Below, piece after piece: positions 1 through 9,207 of a stretch of 64,000 nt of DNA. Made by a program: the position numbers and the translations under genes. Below the pieces are notes generated by a model. It was not told where the DNA came from. It ran no database searches and was given only the letters and a program-made list of their open reading frames with translations. Numbering within the stretch: position 1 is the first letter of the stretch; each line of letters starts with the position of its first letter. This DNA is from Candidatus Multivoradales bacterium (lineage in GTDB: Bacteria; Acidobacteriota; Thermoanaerobaculia; Multivoradales; JAHEKO01): contig CBDCVR010000015.1 in assembly GCA_965223155.1 (NCBI GenBank), positions 832,001 to 896,000 on the forward strand, given 5' to 3'.

Positions 1-152
1 TGAGACGGCCTGCGGCAGGTCGAAACCCAGCCGGCTTCTCGGGTTGCGTCAAGCGCGGCCTCCACGGCTAGAATTCCGCTGCGAGCCGATGCCTCGGTTC
101 CCCCAACCCGATCCAGTCGACCGACCTCCAGACCGGCCCGGACCCAAATCCG

Positions 153-1463
153 ATGCACGACCCACCCGAGAATCGAGCCATCGCCAAAGCCTCGCCGGCG
201 CTCGCCGCGCTGCTGTCACCCCTGGGTGAGCGGGTTGCCTTTCCTCCCGACATCCCGTTCCAGGCAGCACAGGCTCGCGGCAGGGAAATCGACGGCACCA
301 TCGGCCAGATCACCGATGGAACCGGCGGGGTTGTGGCCCCGGCCTCGCTCACGGCCGGCTTGGACGCTCTTGAGACCGAAGCCCGCAACCGGGCGCTCTT
401 GTACTCCCCGGTGGAGGGCCGGCCCGAAGTTCGCTCGGCGTGGCGCGATTGGCAGCGGAACCGGGGCGCTGAAGGCAAGCCGTCGTCTCTTCCGCTAGTA
501 ACTGTGGGACTCACCCACGGCTTGTCGCTCGTTGCTGATCTCTTCGCAGGGCCCGGGCGCCTGGTCGCGGTCCCGGCGCCGTTCTGGGGCAACTACCGCC
601 AGACCTTCTCGACGCGCACGGGCGCGATCGTGGTTTCCGCTCCAGCGTACCGCGACGGAAACTTCAACCCCCGCGCCATCAGCGAGGCGCTTGGAGATCT
701 GCCGCCGGAGAAGGGCGCCATCGCCATCGTCAACCTACCCTCGAATCCGGGCGGTTACTCGGTCACGGACGAAGAACGGGCGAGCCTGGTCGAGTCCCTT
801 CGCGGCGTGGCCCAAGAACGTCCTCTGCTCGTGGTCTGCGACGACGCCTACGCCGGGCTTGTCTACGAGGACGCCGTCTCGGATCGCTCGCTCTTCTGGG
901 ACTTGATCGGCGTCGACGACAATCTAGTCCCGGTCAAGGTCGATGGCGCCACCAAGGAGCTGTCCTTCTTCGGCGGCCGGCTCGGCTTCTTGACCTTTCC
1001 GTTCGATCCGGAAACCGAGATCGCGGCCGCGCTCGAGAGCAAGGTCAAGTGCCTGACCCGGGCCGCCCTGGGCTCGCCGGCGGCGGTCACCCAGGTGCTC
1101 GTGCATCAGGCCCTGGCGTCCGGCCGGGCCGAGGCCGAGGTCGCCGCGATCCGTGACCGGCTCGGCCAGCGCTGCCGGATCTTGCAAGAGGCGCTCGCCG
1201 CCACCGATCCGGACTTGCTCCGGCCGATGCCGTGCAACTCGGGCTGTTTCGCTCTCATCGAGCTCGGTCCCGCGCCGGCCCGCGCCGGGATCGAGGCCGA
1301 CGCCGTCCGCCGCCACCTCCTGGACCGGCACGATACGGGCCTCATCTCGATCGGCTCGAGCTTTCTCCGCATTGCCTTCTGCTCGGTGCACCGAGACGCA
1401 TTGCCCGAGCTCGTTCGGCGCCTGGAGCAAGCCGTTCGTGAGCTCACCGACCCGGCGAAGTAG
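153..1463 (+). CDS. PLP-dependent aminotransferase class I/II
   Basis: NLPSNPGGY, DDAY and DGATKE...GGRLG motifs of fold-type I aminotransferases; 436 aa. Confidence 0.85.
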   Translation: MHDPPENRAIAKASPALAALLSPLGERVAFPPDIPFQAAQARGREIDGTIGQITDGTGGVVAPASLTAGLDALETEARNRALLYSPVEGRPEVRSAWRDWQRNRGAEGKPSSLPLVTVGLTHGLSLVADLFAGPGRLVAVPAPFWGNYRQTFSTRTGAIVVSAPAYRDGNFNPRAISEALGDLPPEKGAIAIVNLPSNPGGYSVTDEERASLVESLRGVAQERPLLVVCDDAYAGLVYEDAVSDRSLFWDLIGVDDNLVPVKVDGATKELSFFGGRLGFLTFPFDPETEIAAALESKVKCLTRAALGSPAAVTQVLVHQALASGRAEAEVAAIRDRLGQRCRILQEALAATDPDLLRPMPCNSGCFALIELGPAPARAGIEADAVRRHLLDRHDTGLISIGSSFLRIAFCSVHRDALPELVRRLEQAVRELTDPAK

Positions 1464-1487
1464 GCGACCCATAGTAACTTAGACGGC

Positions 1488-1736
1488 GTGACCGCGAGCG
1501 ATCCCCAGCCCCGCGCTACTCCGGCCGATTCTCCGCCGCGCTCGGACTCGTTCGGGCCCTCGAGCAGGATGGCCTTGGCGGTCGCCGCCATCGTTCTCTT
1601 CGCCGTCCGCCACGACGTGTTCCTCGGAGATACGACCACCCTGGTCGCCGGCCTCCCGATCTCGCTCGTCTACCACCTCGCCTATTGCGTCTTGGTATCG
1701 GTGGTTCTGGCCCTGCTTCTTCGGGCCGGCCGATGA
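1488..1736 (+). CDS. Small 2-TM membrane protein (DUF3311/DUF997-like symporter partner)
   Basis: Two hydrophobic segments with RHD..GLP..L.YH; stop overlaps the ATG of the SSS gene (ATGA). Confidence 0.65.
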   Translation: MTASDPQPRATPADSPPRSDSFGPSSRMALAVAAIVLFAVRHDVFLGDTTTLVAGLPISLVYHLAYCVLVSVVLALLLRAGR

Positions 1737-3190
1737 CGCTGGCCATCATCTTCATTTACCTCGGCCTAGTCGTGGCCATCGGCCTCTTGAGCCAGCGCCT
1801 GCTGCGCTCGACCGGAGAGGACTACTTCCTCGCGTCCCGGACGATCGGACCGTTCCTGCTCCTGATGTCGCTTTTTGGCACGCACATGACCGCCTTTTCC
1901 CTCCTGGGCGCTTCGGGCGAGGCCTACCACCGGGGTATCGGCGTCTTCGCCCTCATGGCGTCGTCCTCGGCGCTGGTGGTGCCCTTCGCCATTCTGCTTC
2001 TGGCGCCCAAAGTTTGGCGCTTGGGCAGCATCCACGGCTATCGCACCCAAGTCGAGTTCTTTCGCGACCGCTGGGGCTCGGACGCTCTCGGGCTGTGCCT
2101 GTTCGCGGTTCTGGTCGGATTGCTGGTGCCGTATCTGCTGATCGGCATCAAGGGCGGCGGCATCACGCTCGCGGTCATCACCGGAGGCGACGTTCCCGAA
2201 TGGGCCGGCAGCGTTCTGATGTGTGTCGTGGTCTTCGGCTATGTCACCGCGGGCGGTCTTAGGGGTACCGCCTGGGTCAACGCGTTCCAGACTCTGGTCT
2301 TCATGCTGCTCGGTGCCGTGACCTTCGTACTCATCACGCGCTCGTTCGGCGGCGTGGGCGCGGCGATGGAGCGCCTCGCCCAGTCCTCGCCCCACCTTCT
2401 GGCCCGAGGCGGGCACATCCGCCCGCTGGAGCTCGTGACGTACGCCGCTATTCCGCTGTCGGTCGCCATGTTCCCGCACATCTTCATGCACTGGTTGACG
2501 GCCCGCCGCGCCCAAGCCTTTCGATTGCCGGTCGTGGCCTACCCGCTCTGCATCGCCATCGTGTGGCTGCCGAGCGTCGTTCTCGGCGTTCTGGGCACGC
2601 TCGACTTCCCGGGCCTCAAGGGCCCTGCGGCCAACAACGTCTTGGTCGAGATGATCGGTCTCTACGCGCCGGGCGCGATGGCCGGGCTCCTGGCTGCCGG
2701 CGTTTTCGCCGCGGTCATGTCGTCCCTCGATTCCCAGGTCCTGGCACTCAGCACGATGTTCACCCGCGACGTCGTCGAGCGCTACCTGCCCGGACGGTTG
2801 AACGAGAAGGCGACGGTAATGGCCGGGCGCTGCTTCGTCGCCGCGATCCTGGCGGTGACGCTGTTTCTGGCGCTTACCGTTGACCGCAGCTTGTTCCGCC
2901 TCGGCATCTGGTCTTTTAGCGGGTTCGCGGCGCTCGCCCCGATCATCGTGGCCGCCCTCTACTGGCGCCGGAGCACGGGCTCGGGTGCGTTCGGCTCGCT
3001 CGCCGCAACCGCGGCAACCTGGATCTACTTTTTTCAGAAGGGCTGGCAACAACCGGGCTACACCGTCGTAGGAAGCGGTGTGATGCCGGTCGCGGTCATG
3101 CTGGCCGTCTCGGCTGGAACCATGATCCTCGTGTCGCTCGCCACCCGCCCTCCGGAATCGGAACGGATCTCGAAATTCTTCTCCTCGTGA
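1733..3190 (+). CDS. Sodium:solute symporter (SSS) family
   Basis: EDYFLASR, GGLRGTAW...FQ, AAVMSSLDSQ motifs; about 13 TM; start taken at ATG 1733 coupled to the upstream stop. Confidence 0.9.
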   Translation: MTLAIIFIYLGLVVAIGLLSQRLLRSTGEDYFLASRTIGPFLLLMSLFGTHMTAFSLLGASGEAYHRGIGVFALMASSSALVVPFAILLLAPKVWRLGSIHGYRTQVEFFRDRWGSDALGLCLFAVLVGLLVPYLLIGIKGGGITLAVITGGDVPEWAGSVLMCVVVFGYVTAGGLRGTAWVNAFQTLVFMLLGAVTFVLITRSFGGVGAAMERLAQSSPHLLARGGHIRPLELVTYAAIPLSVAMFPHIFMHWLTARRAQAFRLPVVAYPLCIAIVWLPSVVLGVLGTLDFPGLKGPAANNVLVEMIGLYAPGAMAGLLAAGVFAAVMSSLDSQVLALSTMFTRDVVERYLPGRLNEKATVMAGRCFVAAILAVTLFLALTVDRSLFRLGIWSFSGFAALAPIIVAALYWRRSTGSGAFGSLAATAATWIYFFQKGWQQPGYTVVGSGVMPVAVMLAVSAGTMILVSLATRPPESERISKFFSS

Positions 3191-3209
3191 GCCCCAGGAC
3201 GTCCCCGTC

Positions 3210-4607
3210 GTGAAGATCGCCTACATCGCCGCCGGCGCCGGCGGCATGTACTGCGGCTCGTGCATTCACGACAACACGGTGGCGGCGGCCCTTCAGGACC
3301 TCGGTCACGAGGTCGCGCTGTTGCCGACCTACACGCCGATGCGGACCGACGAGGCCAGCGTCAGCGAGAAGCGCGTCTTCTACGGCGCTCTCGGGGTGTA
3401 CCTGGAGCAGAAGAGCGCGTTCTTTCGCCGCCGGCATCGCGCTCTCGACTGGATTCTGAACCGTCCGGGTCTGCTCGAGTTCGTCGCGCGCTTCAGCGGC
3501 CGAACCGATGCCCGCGAGCTGGGCGAGCTGGCTCTTGGGGTGCTCCGCGGCGAGGCCGGGACGGCGACCAAGGAGCTCGACCAGCTCGTCGCGTTTCTGA
3601 AGCAGGACTTCCGTCCTGACCTCGTCCATGTCACGAATTCGCTCTTCCTGGGGCTGGTACGTCGCCTGCGATCGGAGCTTGGCGTTCCGGTGGTGGTTGC
3701 CGTCCAGGGCGAGGACCTGTTCCTCGACGAGTTGCCGGAAGCCTACCGCCATGAGGTCGTCGCCGAGATGCGCCGCCGCGCAGCGGACGTCAGTGCCTTC
3801 CTCGCCCCCAACCACTACTACGCCGGGCACATGGCCGAGCTCCTCGAGGTACCGGTGGATCGCATGACCGTCATTCCCCTCGGACTCAACCTGGACGGCC
3901 ACTCCGAGCCTCTGGAGCGGCCCGGCGACGACGCTCCCAGGACCGTCGGCTACCTGGCCCGGATCGCCCCGGAGAAGGGGCTGCACCATCTGGTCGAGGC
4001 CTTTCTGGAGCTGGCCCGCGATCCGGATCTGGAGGACGTCCGGCTGGCGGTCGCCGGCTACCTGGGGCCCAAGGACCGCTCCTACTACCTCGAGCTCGAG
4101 CGCAAGATCGCGGCCGCCGGACTCATCGACCGCTACGATTACGTCGGCGAGATCGACCGAGCCGCCAAGATCTCGTTCTTGCGATCCTTGGACGTCGTCG
4201 CGGTGCCGACCGTCTACCGGGAGGCCAAAGGGCTCTTCGCCCTCGAAGCCATGGCCAACGGCGTGCCGGTGGTGGTCCCCGATCACGGCGGCTTCCCGGA
4301 GATGCTCGCCGCCACCGGTGGCGGATGCCTGGTCGAACCCGGCTCACAGCGCGATCTCGCCGACACCGTGCGGCGGCTTCTGCGAGACCGGGACGAGCGA
4401 CGGGCTCTCGGCGATGCCGCGAGACAAGCCGTCCTGGAGCGGTTTGGCGCCGAGGCCATGGCCCGCGCCACCGCCGACTTCTACAAAGCTACGATCGCGC
4501 GGACGGCATCGAGTCGGCCATCAGGGGCGCCGGCCGGACCGGCCGCCGAGACCGCTCGGGAGCCCACGCGCGAACCGGCCGAACCAGCAGAGCCAGGGCC
4601 GCCGTAG
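3210..4607 (+). CDS. Glycosyltransferase family 4
   Basis: GT-B motifs YLARIAPEKG and EAKGLFALEAMANGVPVV; N-terminal GMYCGSC. Confidence 0.88.
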   Translation: MKIAYIAAGAGGMYCGSCIHDNTVAAALQDLGHEVALLPTYTPMRTDEASVSEKRVFYGALGVYLEQKSAFFRRRHRALDWILNRPGLLEFVARFSGRTDARELGELALGVLRGEAGTATKELDQLVAFLKQDFRPDLVHVTNSLFLGLVRRLRSELGVPVVVAVQGEDLFLDELPEAYRHEVVAEMRRRAADVSAFLAPNHYYAGHMAELLEVPVDRMTVIPLGLNLDGHSEPLERPGDDAPRTVGYLARIAPEKGLHHLVEAFLELARDPDLEDVRLAVAGYLGPKDRSYYLELERKIAAAGLIDRYDYVGEIDRAAKISFLRSLDVVAVPTVYREAKGLFALEAMANGVPVVVPDHGGFPEMLAATGGGCLVEPGSQRDLADTVRRLLRDRDERRALGDAARQAVLERFGAEAMARATADFYKATIARTASSRPSGAPAGPAAETAREPTREPAEPAEPGPP

Positions 4608-4630
4608 CGAGGATTGGATATCCTCGCGTC

Positions 4631-5059
4631 ATGACCGAGCCGGCCCGTTTCACCTACCGCCGCCGCATCGAGTTCGTGGACACCGACGTCTCGGGCATCG
4701 TCCACTTCTCGCGCTTTCTCGTGTTCATGGAGACCGCCGAGCACGAGCTTCTGCGTTCGCTCGGCACCAGCGTTCACCTCGAGAGCGGCGGCGACACCAT
4801 CGGCTGGCCGCGGGTGAACGCGACCTGCGACTACCTCGCGCCGCTCCGCTTCGGCGACGAGGTCGCCGTCGAAGTCCGGATTGCCCGCCAGGGCACCAAG
4901 TCCATGACCTACGCCTTCCGCTTCCTCCGCGACTGCGAGCGCGTCGCCGAGGGGCGGATGACCTCGGTCTGCTGCCGCCTGACCGAAGCCGGCCCCGAGC
5001 CCATCCCGATCCCGGACTTCTTCCTGGAGAAGCTGGCCGGGGCCGCCGCCCGCCCATGA
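4631..5059 (+). CDS. Acyl-CoA thioesterase (4HBT/YbgC hot-dog fold)
   Basis: FVDTDVSGIVHFSRFLVFME motif; start at ATG 4631 within ORF 4325..5059. Confidence 0.85.
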   Translation: MTEPARFTYRRRIEFVDTDVSGIVHFSRFLVFMETAEHELLRSLGTSVHLESGGDTIGWPRVNATCDYLAPLRFGDEVAVEVRIARQGTKSMTYAFRFLRDCERVAEGRMTSVCCRLTEAGPEPIPIPDFFLEKLAGAAARP

Positions 5060-5742
5060 GCGATCCGACGCCCGCCCTCGCCGTCCGCGGGCTGAGCAAG
5101 ACCTTCGTCAGCGGCGACTCCCGCGTCGAAGTTCTCCGGGACGCGTCACTCGGCCTCGACCGGGGTGAGTCGGCCGCGATCACCGGGCCTTCGGGCTCGG
5201 GCAAGAGCACTCTGCTCCATCTGATCGGCACCCTGGACGAGCCCACCTCGGGCTCGATCTCGATCGCCGGTGAGAACCCGTTCGAGCGGAGCGAGAGCGA
5301 TCTGGCCTACTTCCGGAACCGCGAGCTGGGCTTCGTCTTCCAGGAGAACCATCTCTTGCCCCAGTACACGGTCGAGGAAAACGTGCTGCTGCCCTCCCTG
5401 GCCTTTCCCTCGCCGCCGGGCGACGTCGCGGGCCGCGCCCGCGAGCTTCTCGGACGGGTCGGGCTCGGCCACCGCCTAGAGCACAAGGCCGCGCGGCTAT
5501 CGGGCGGGGAGCGCCAGCGGGCCGCGGTCGCCCGCGCCCTGATCCTGGAGCCCAAGATCCTGCTTTGCGACGAGCCTACCGGCAACCTGGACCGGGACAA
5601 CGCCGAAGCGGTGGCCGACCTTCTCCTGGAGCTCCATCGGGAGGCGGCAACCGTCCTGGTCGTGGTCACCCACGACCTCGAGCTCGCGGCGCGCTTCGAC
5701 CGGCGCTTCGAACTGGACGGCGGCATTCTCACCGAGGTCTGA
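5056..5742 (+). CDS. ABC transporter ATP-binding protein (LolD/MacB-like)
   Basis: GPSGSGKS, LSGGERQR, DEPTGNLD, VTHD; ATGA overlap with the thioesterase. Confidence 0.93.
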   Translation: MSDPTPALAVRGLSKTFVSGDSRVEVLRDASLGLDRGESAAITGPSGSGKSTLLHLIGTLDEPTSGSISIAGENPFERSESDLAYFRNRELGFVFQENHLLPQYTVEENVLLPSLAFPSPPGDVAGRARELLGRVGLGHRLEHKAARLSGGERQRAAVARALILEPKILLCDEPTGNLDRDNAEAVADLLLELHREAATVLVVVTHDLELAARFDRRFELDGGILTEV

Positions 5743-5748
5743 AGACCG

Positions 5749-8700
5749 ATGCGGGCGAGCCTCCGGCATTACTGGCGCAGCCATCTGGCGGTAGCGCTGG
5801 GCGCCGCCACCGCCTCGGCAGTGCTGGCTGGAGCCCTCGTCGTCGGCGACTCCGTGCGAGCGAGCCTCCGCGGCCTCGTGTTAGATCGTTTGGGCTCGAT
5901 CGAGAGCGCCGTCCTGGCTCCGGGCTTCTTTCGCGAGGAGCTGGCCGAGGAGCTCGCCGGCGTCCCGATGCTGACCTTCCGGGGTGCCGCGACACGAGTT
6001 GCCTCCGGAGCGCGCGCCTCGAACGTTGCGATCTTCGGCGTCGATGCGAGCTTTGCCGAGCTCTTTCCCGAACCTTCTGCTTCGCCCGAGCCTTCTGTTT
6101 CGAAAGCTCCTGGCGACGCCTCGCTGCCATTTGACTTCGACCGCCGTCCCGGGCAGATCCTGGCTTCGGTCGTCGTCAACCAGACCCTGGCCGACGAGCT
6201 TGGAGTTGAGCTGGGCGACGACGTGGTCGTGGCTCTCGAACGGCCCGCCGAGATCCCACGCGAGACCGTGCTCGGCCGCGAAGCGGCCGCCGAGAGCGTC
6301 GAGAGCTTGCGGCTCCAGGTCTCGGCCGTCGTGCCCGATCGTGGGCCAGGGGGCTTTCGCTTTCACCCTCAGCAAACGGCGCCTAAGAACCTCTTCGTCG
6401 AACTCTCGCGCCTGCAACGGAATCTCTTCGGCAGGGAGCAGAATCGCCGGGCGAACGTCGCGCTTCTTCCGACCTCCGGTTCGAGCGCAGGCAACCCGGA
6501 TCTGACGACGCGGCTGGAGGAAGCCGCGCGGCTGGAGGATCTTTCGTTGTTTCTCGAGACCGGCGAGGGGCGAGCGCGGCTCATGAGCCGGCAGTTCGTC
6601 CTTTCCGATGCCGTGGTCGAAGAAGCGGCCGAGCTCGGACGGGAGCGGGGCCTTGTGGCCCAGCGGAGCTTGACCTACCTCGCCAACTCGCTCGAGACCG
6701 CGGCCGGCTCGGTGCCCTATTCCACGATCACGGCCCTCGAGACCCTGGACTCGGTCGAGATTCTCGCGCCCCTCGGTACGGATCCACCCTCCGCTCTGGC
6801 GGACGACGAAATTCTCATTGACGCCTGGTCGGCCGAGGATCTGGGCGCCGTGCCCGGTGAGACCGTACGTCTCACCTACTACGAGCTCGGTCCGCGCGAC
6901 GAGCTCACCGAGCGCACCGCTGAGTTCACTCTGCGCGGCGTGGTCGCCATGTCCGGCGCGGCGGTCGATTCCTCGCTGACGCCGGACTTTCCCGGCATGC
7001 AGGATGCCGACGACATCTCGGCCTGGGAACCGCCGTTCCCGGTGGATCTCGACCGCGTCCGCGATCGGGACGAGGACTATTGGGACAGCTTCGAGGCCGC
7101 TCCGAAGGCGTTCGTCTCGCTGGCGGCCGGCCGCGAGCTCTGGCGAAGCCGCTTCGGCCAGACCACCGCCCTCGATCTTTCGGGACCTGCTCCAGAGGTG
7201 GGCTCCAACGCCGCCCAACCGAAGCTCGACCGAGCGCTCGCCCGCCATCTCGTTCGCCACCTCGTTCGAAGAACCGCGCCGCTCGAGAACCGCGACCTGC
7301 GCCGGGAGGGCCTCGAAGCCGCCCGGGGAGCGACCGACTTCGCCGGTCTCTTTCTGGCCTTGAGCTTTTTTCTGATCGTGGCCGCGATCTTGCTGGCAGC
7401 GCTCCTCTTTCGGCTCGGACTCGAGCAGCGAGCGGCCGAGGTCGGGCTCCTGCGCGCCGTAGGCTTTCGCGAGCCCGCGGTCCGAAGGCGGTTTCTAAAG
7501 GAAGGCTTGGTGGTCGCCGCCGCCGGCTCGGCGCTCGGTCTGGCCGCCGCCGTCGCCTACGCCCGGATGATGCTGGCCGGGCTCTCGGGCTGGTGGCGGC
7601 CCGCGGTCGGCACCTCCGCGCTCGAACTCCACGTCACCACCCGATCCCTGGCCCTGGGCGGTTTCGTGGCGCTGGTTACCGTGGTCTTCGCCATCGCTTG
7701 GTCGCTCCGCCGGCTCAAGGCCGTTACCGTTCCCGCGCTCCTGAGCGGAGACGTCGAGCGCCCAGCTTCGCCCAGGACGAGCCGCCTACGCCGCTGGATC
7801 GCTGTCGCCGCCCTGACGGGAAGCGCGTATTTCGGGCTCCGCGCGGTCGCTGGCTCTTTGTCTCCGGCCCTCGACGCCTTGGCCTGTGGCGCGGGGCTCC
7901 TCATCGCCGGGATCGCCGGCTTTTCCGAGCTCGCCGCCGGCCGCGGCCGCCGCGGCTGGGGACCCGGAGGACGGCGACACGACCAGGCGCCGCAAGACGG
8001 CCGTTTTGCGGCAGAAGCCATGGGTGCCCGCAACAGCCGGCGCCATCCGGGACGAAGCCTCGCCAGCGTGGCGCTCGTGGCCACAGCCGTCTTCCTCTTG
8101 GTGGTCGTCGGTGCCAATCGTCGCGAGTTGGCGATTGACGCCGATTCCCGCGACTCGGGCGCCGGAGGATTTCGCTGGGTCGCGGAGTCGTCAACTCCGA
8201 TCTACGGCGACCTCTCCGACCCGACCGCCCTCGAAGAGCTCGGCCTCGACGCCGAGGACGCCGGGCTGGTCGCCGCGGCGTCGATCGTTCCGCTTCGCCG
8301 CTTGCTCGGCGAAGACGCCAGCTGTCTCAACCTCTACCGGCCGGAAAAGCCTACGCTCCTCGGCGTCCCGTCCGAGCTGGTCGCGCGGGGCGGATTCGCC
8401 TTCCAATCGCAACTCACCGCAGCGGACAATCCGTGGTCGTTGCTGGAAACGCGCTTTGCGCCCGTCGATGGAGAGCCCGTCGTCGCCGCCATCGGCGACG
8501 CCAACTCGGTCCAGTGGATTCTCCACTCGGGCCTCGGCAAGGACTTCGCGATCCGCAATCAACGCGGCCAGACAGTGCGCTTGCGCTTCGTAGCGCTGCT
8601 CAAGCGCAGCCTCTTTCAGAGCGAGCTCCTGGTCGCCGAGAGCGCGTTTCTCGAACACTTCCCGGGAGCCGGCGGTTACGGAACGTTCCTGGTCGAGGCG

Positions 8701-9207
8701 CCCCGAGACGATGCTCCGGATTTCGCCGAGGAGCTGCCGGTGGTTCTGGAGCGCTCGCTCGGCAGGTACGGCTTCGACGTCACCGGATCCGAGGCGAAGA
8801 TCCTCTCGTTTCTCGCCATCGAGAACACCTACATGGCGACCTTTCAGGCTCTGGGCGGCCTGGGGCTCATCCTGGGCACCCTGGGTCTGGGCATCGTTCT
8901 CCTCCGGAACGTCTTGGAGAGGCGCGGAGAGCTCGCCACGTTGCGCGCCTTGGGCTTTCGCCGGAGCCTCCTGGCGCGCATGGTGCTGGCCGAGAACGCG
9001 ACCCTCCTGGCGGCAGGCATCGGGATCGGTTCAATCGCGGGTCTGATCGCCGTCTTGCCGAATCTTCTGGCGGAGGGGCACGGGTTACCGATCGTCTCGC
9101 TCGCCGCCACCCTGGCAGCGGTTTTCACCGTCGGAATGCTGGCGAGCGGCTTCGCCGTGCGCACCACTCTCCGCGCGCCCCTGATCGCGGCGCTCAAGGG
9201 CGACTAG
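5749..9207 (+). CDS. Large duplicated FtsX/MacB-type ABC permease
   Basis: Two FtsX-like repeats (EQRAAEVGLLRAVGF; ERRGELATLRALGF) with large periplasmic domains; 1152 aa. Confidence 0.88.
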   Translation: MRASLRHYWRSHLAVALGAATASAVLAGALVVGDSVRASLRGLVLDRLGSIESAVLAPGFFREELAEELAGVPMLTFRGAATRVASGARASNVAIFGVDASFAELFPEPSASPEPSVSKAPGDASLPFDFDRRPGQILASVVVNQTLADELGVELGDDVVVALERPAEIPRETVLGREAAAESVESLRLQVSAVVPDRGPGGFRFHPQQTAPKNLFVELSRLQRNLFGREQNRRANVALLPTSGSSAGNPDLTTRLEEAARLEDLSLFLETGEGRARLMSRQFVLSDAVVEEAAELGRERGLVAQRSLTYLANSLETAAGSVPYSTITALETLDSVEILAPLGTDPPSALADDEILIDAWSAEDLGAVPGETVRLTYYELGPRDELTERTAEFTLRGVVAMSGAAVDSSLTPDFPGMQDADDISAWEPPFPVDLDRVRDRDEDYWDSFEAAPKAFVSLAAGRELWRSRFGQTTALDLSGPAPEVGSNAAQPKLDRALARHLVRHLVRRTAPLENRDLRREGLEAARGATDFAGLFLALSFFLIVAAILLAALLFRLGLEQRAAEVGLLRAVGFREPAVRRRFLKEGLVVAAAGSALGLAAAVAYARMMLAGLSGWWRPAVGTSALELHVTTRSLALGGFVALVTVVFAIAWSLRRLKAVTVPALLSGDVERPASPRTSRLRRWIAVAALTGSAYFGLRAVAGSLSPALDALACGAGLLIAGIAGFSELAAGRGRRGWGPGGRRHDQAPQDGRFAAEAMGARNSRRHPGRSLASVALVATAVFLLVVVGANRRELAIDADSRDSGAGGFRWVAESSTPIYGDLSDPTALEELGLDAEDAGLVAAASIVPLRRLLGEDASCLNLYRPEKPTLLGVPSELVARGGFAFQSQLTAADNPWSLLETRFAPVDGEPVVAAIGDANSVQWILHSGLGKDFAIRNQRGQTVRLRFVALLKRSLFQSELLVAESAFLEHFPGAGGYGTFLVEAPRDDAPDFAEELPVVLERSLGRYGFDVTGSEAKILSFLAIENTYMATFQALGGLGLILGTLGLGIVLLRNVLERRGELATLRALGFRRSLLARMVLAENATLLAAGIGIGSIAGLIAVLPNLLAEGHGLPIVSLAATLAAVFTVGMLASGFAVRTTLRAPLIAALKGD